Assembly (NCBI GenBank): GCA_944381355.1
Contig: CALWKV010000023.1
Coordinates: 1 to 37,743, forward strand
Direction of reading: 5' to 3'
DNA: 37,743 nucleotides
Origin: an uncultured Christensenellaceae bacterium
GTDB taxonomy: Bacteria > Bacillota > Clostridia > Christensenellales > UBA3700
Part shown: in pieces, positions 34,761 through 37,743 of the stretch
Numbering within the stretch: position 1 is the first letter of the stretch
How the letters are laid out: each line of letters opens with the position of its first letter
Notes under the pieces: model-generated
What the model was told of the DNA's origin: nothing
The model's database searches: none
What the model saw: only the letters and a program-made list of their open reading frames with translations
Program-made: the position numbers and the translations under genes

Positions 34761-35936
34761 ATGATAGAATTCGAAAACGTCAAAATATTTACAGACAGGG
34801 TGGGTGAAAACGCGCTGGCTCAGCTTCGCACGCTCTGCGGTACGGGCGTGTTCGACGGGCTTCCCATACGCATTATGCCGGACGTTCATGCCGGCAACGG
34901 CTGTGTGATAGGATTTACCGTGCCGCTCGGCGACAAGGTGATCCCCAATCTCGTGGGCGTGGATATTTCCTGCGGTATGCTCTGTGTGCCGCTCGGCAAA
35001 GCAGCGCCCGATTTCGCGGCAGTCGACGACGCGATCAGACGTTATGTGCCCTCGGGACGTGAAGTCGGAGGGTTTTCCGACGAGGCGCATGATATTATAA
35101 TGCAACTGCGCTGTTATGACAATATATGCAACAAGGCGAGAATAGAAGCGTCGCTCGGGACTCTCGGCGGCGGCAACCATTTTATCGAGATCGACGTTGA
35201 CGGCGAAGGAGGATATTATCTTATAGTACATACGGGGTCGCGCCATCTCGGCGTGCAGGTCGCCAATTATTATCAGAAGCTGGCGATCAAGTCGCGTTGG
35301 AAATTGATGAGTGCGGCACTGATAGAACGCTACAAGAGCGAGGGGAGAGACAAGGAGATCGCCTCCGCGCTTGCAGAGCTTAAGGCAGGAGACACTTTGC
35401 CCGAGGCGCTCAATTACCTCGAGGGAGAGCCTATGCTCGATTATCTGTACGACGCGAATGTGTGCGGACTCTTTGCCGATCTCAACAGAAAGAAGATCGC
35501 GTCGGCGATTCTTGCCGCGTGCTGCCCGGGCGTTAAAGTCGAGGACGGGTTTACGACTCTGCACAACTGCATAGGCGACGACGGCTACGTGCGCAAAGGC
35601 GCGATATGCGCGAGAGAGGGGCAGAGAGTGCTGATACCTCTCAATATGCGCGACGGCTGTATAATCGGCATAGGCAAGGGCAATCCCGACTGGAACTATT
35701 CTGCGCCTCACGGAGCAGGCAGACTTATGTCGCGAGCCGCCGCGAGAGCGAATATAGATCTTCAGGCATACAAGGAGAGCATGAAGGGAGTGTATTCCTC
35801 CACCGTGTGCGACGGCACTCTTGACGAAGCTCCGTCGGCATACAAGCCTTCGGAAGAAATCGTCGAACTTGTAAAAGATACAGTACAAATAGAAAAGAGA
35901 ATATTCAGCGTCTACAACTTCAAGGCATCGGAATGA
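34761..35936 (+). CDS. rtcB: RtcB-family RNA ligase
   Basis: MPDVHAG.GC.IG, GVDISCG, GTLGGGNHFIE, HTGSR, HN, SAPHGAGR.MSR, DEAPSAYK; AAGGAGG RBS. Confidence 0.95.
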   Translation: MIEFENVKIFTDRVGENALAQLRTLCGTGVFDGLPIRIMPDVHAGNGCVIGFTVPLGDKVIPNLVGVDISCGMLCVPLGKAAPDFAAVDDAIRRYVPSGREVGGFSDEAHDIIMQLRCYDNICNKARIEASLGTLGGGNHFIEIDVDGEGGYYLIVHTGSRHLGVQVANYYQKLAIKSRWKLMSAALIERYKSEGRDKEIASALAELKAGDTLPEALNYLEGEPMLDYLYDANVCGLFADLNRKKIASAILAACCPGVKVEDGFTTLHNCIGDDGYVRKGAICAREGQRVLIPLNMRDGCIIGIGKGNPDWNYSAPHGAGRLMSRAAARANIDLQAYKESMKGVYSSTVCDGTLDEAPSAYKPSEEIVELVKDTVQIEKRIFSVYNFKASE

Positions 35937-35968
35937 CGCGATGCTTTGCGGTCGGCGACAAAATTTTC

Positions 35969-36014
35969 AGCCTCTGCCGAAAGAGAGATCGTCTCATGTC
36001 GGCAGAGGTTTTTT
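35969..36014 (+). terminator. Intrinsic terminator of rtcB
   Basis: AGCCTCTGCCGA...TCGGCAGAGGTT plus T run. Confidence 0.75.
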
Positions 36015-36160
36015 CTCGGACGCGACCGCAAAGTCGGCTTTACGGATTTTTATAAAATCTATGCGCATAATAATGCGTGTAAAAAATTAAATCAATAATA
36101 ATTTCTTCGGATAAGGTGTTGCGCATTTTGAATCGAGGTTTAAAAAAGATCTTATTTTAA

Positions 36161-36189
36161 TTGCCAAAAAACACATTGTTTGATATAAT
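36161..36189 (+). promoter_or_regulatory. sigmaA promoter of pckG
   Basis: TTGCCA-N17-TATAAT with extended -10 TG. Confidence 0.7.
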
Positions 36190-36263
36190 ATTAACAATTG
36201 CGGGACCGGGTGAAAATTCGTTCCGCGACCTATTCAGAAATATTTTTATAAGGAGAATCATAT

Positions 36264-37743
36264 ATGACAGATTTGACTTCCAATAAGCAAGTGCTTGCGT
36301 TCGTCGAAGAAACAGTGAAGCGTTGCCAGCCCGACAAAGTCGTGTGGATCGACGGCTCTCAGGAACTCTACGACAAACTGACCGCAGAAGCTATCGCTAC
36401 CGGCGAGATGATCAAACTCAACGAAGAGCTTCTTCCCGGCTGTCTCTTGCACCGCACCAAGGAAAACGACGTAGCCCGCGTCGAGGGCAGAACTTTCATC
36501 TGCTCCCGTACCAAAGAGGACTGCGGCCCCACCAACAACTGGTGGAAGCCCGAAGAAGCGTATGCTACGCTTTACGGCATTCTCGACGGTGCATACAAGG
36601 GCAGAACGATGTACGTTATCCCGTTCTCGATGGGTCCCGTCGGCGGCGCTCTCTCCAAGATCGGCATTGAGGTCACCGACAGCATTTACGTCGTTCTCAA
36701 CATGAGAATAATGACCCGCGTCGGCGCAGACGTACTCAAGGCGCTCGGCGACAGCAACGACTTCGTCAGAGGCACGCACGCTAAATGCGACGTCGATCCC
36801 GAAAAGAGATATATTTGCCAGTTCCCCGAGGACAACGCGATCATCTCCGTCAACAGCGCTTACGGCGGCAACGTTCTGCTCGGCAAGAAGTGCTTCGCTC
36901 TGCGTATCGCTTCCTACCAGGGTAAGAACGAGAACTGGATGGCTGAACACATGCTCATCCTCGGCATCGAAAAGCCCAACAAGGAGACCGTTTACATGGC
37001 GGCGGCATTCCCGTCCGCTTGCGGCAAGACCAACCTCGCGATGCTCATTCCGCCCGAGGGTTACAGAAAGAACGGCTACAAGGTATTCTGCGTAGGCGAC
37101 GATATCGCCTGGATCAGAAAGGGCAAGGACGGCAGACTGTACGCGATCAACCCCGAGAACGGCTTCTTCGGCGTTGCTCCCGGCACCAACCAGAAATCCA
37201 ACCCCAACGCTCTCGCGGCTACCAAAAAGAACACCATTTTCACCAACGTTTGCCACAATCTGGAGAACAACACGGTATGGTGGGAAGGTCTCGACAAGAA
37301 TCCGCCCGAGCACGCTATCGACTGGAAGGGCAATCCCTGGAACGGCAAGACTTCTACCGAGAAGGGCGCTCACCCGAACAGCAGATTTACCGCTCCCGCT
37401 GTAAACTGCCCCTGCATCAGCCCCGAGTTCGAGAACGGCAACGGCGTTCCGCTCAGCGCGTTCATCTTCGGCGGCAGACGTGCAAAGACCGCTCCGCTCG
37501 TATATCAGGCTAAGGACTGGGAGAACGGCGTTTTCGTCGGCTCCATCATGGCGAGCGAGACCACCGCTGCGGCGGCAGGAGCTGTCGGCGTTGTAAGACG
37601 CGATCCTATGGCTATGCTCCCGTTCTGCGGTTACAACATGGGCGACTACTGGCAGCACTGGCTCGACATGGGCAAGAGCGTAGACGTAGACAAGCAGCCC
37701 AAGTTCTTCAACGTCAACTGGTTCAGAACTGACGACGAAGGTC
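36264..37743 (+). CDS. pckG: Phosphoenolpyruvate carboxykinase (GTP), truncated by window end
   Basis: Translated by hand (absent from the ORF track because it is open-ended): MTDLTSNK...DVARVEGRTFICS...YGGNVLLGKKCFALR...FPSACGKTNLAM...VGDDIAW...INPENGFFGVAPG; AAGGAG RBS. Confidence 0.96.
   Translation, partial: MTDLTSNKQVLAFVEETVKRCQPDKVVWIDGSQELYDKLTAEAIATGEMIKLNEELLPGCLLHRTKENDVARVEGRTFICSRTKEDCGPTNNWWKPEEAYATLYGILDGAYKGRTMYVIPFSMGPVGGALSKIGIEVTDSIYVVLNMRIMTRVGADVLKALGDSNDFVRGTHAKCDVDPEKRYICQFPEDNAIISVNSAYGGNVLLGKKCFALRIASYQGKNENWMAEHMLILGIEKPNKETVYMAAAFPSACGKTNLAMLIPPEGYRKNGYKVFCVGDDIAWIRKGKDGRLYAINPENGFFGVAPGTNQKSNPNALAATKKNTIFTNVCHNLENNTVWWEGLDKNPPEHAIDWKGNPWNGKTSTEKGAHPNSRFTAPAVNCPCISPEFENGNGVPLSAFIFGGRRAKTAPLVYQAKDWENGVFVGSIMASETTAAAAGAVGVVRRDPMAMLPFCGYNMGDYWQHWLDMGKSVDVDKQPKFFNVNWFRTDDEG

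Noticed and set aside
34761-35936. RtcB-PrfH or Rtc/Ro60-Y RNA repair module
   Set aside because: No prfH, rtcA, rtcR or TROVE gene nearby; the release factor in the window is canonical prfA, about 8 kb away.
36198-36228. Riboswitch in the pckG leader
   Set aside because: Only a single short hairpin (TGCGGGA...TTCCGCG) with no recognisable aptamer consensus.
36258-37658. 466-aa minus-strand ORF in the track
   Set aside because: Antisense shadow of pckG, which is on the + strand and runs off the window.

Overview
Chromosomal core-plus-accessory region of a spore-forming Clostridia-type (Bacillota) bacterium, inferred from spoIIID, spoVG, a SpoVB-like flippase, DUF421/DUF4363 and a THF riboswitch. 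I found no mobile element, CRISPR array, tRNA or rRNA. Genes in order: partial uvrA, DUF4363 and DUF421 proteins, a THF-riboswitch-controlled folate ECF S component, SpoVB-like flippase, LysM protein, a 1279-aa repeat-domain surface lipoprotein, a split TauE pair, spoIIID, ttcA, a small-multidrug-export-family protein, DegV, a lipoprotein, a PAP2-PAP2-acyl-CoA ligase-FGGY kinase operon, spoVG, murC, a degenerate MDR dehydrogenase, rpmE-DUF1385-prmC-prfA, Re-citrate synthase, a small P-loop protein, thrC (with an in-frame TAA), fprA, a stand-alone NrdD glycyl-radical-domain protein, a Crp/Fnr regulator, an HtrA-like protease, rtcB and partial GTP-dependent PEP carboxykinase. Two features stand out. 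(1) An 89-aa protein made of an unrecognised N-terminus plus the class III RNR glycyl-radical tail, apparently co-transcribed with a flavodiiron O2/NO reductase under a Crp/Fnr box; it is a candidate GrcA/YfiD-like 'spare part' for oxygen-damaged NrdD. (2) An orphan ~170-nt transcription unit (perfect sigmaA promoter, two 57-nt structured repeats inside a closing stem, terminator) that looks like an unassigned structured ncRNA. All assignments come from motif recognition by eye; no database searches were run.
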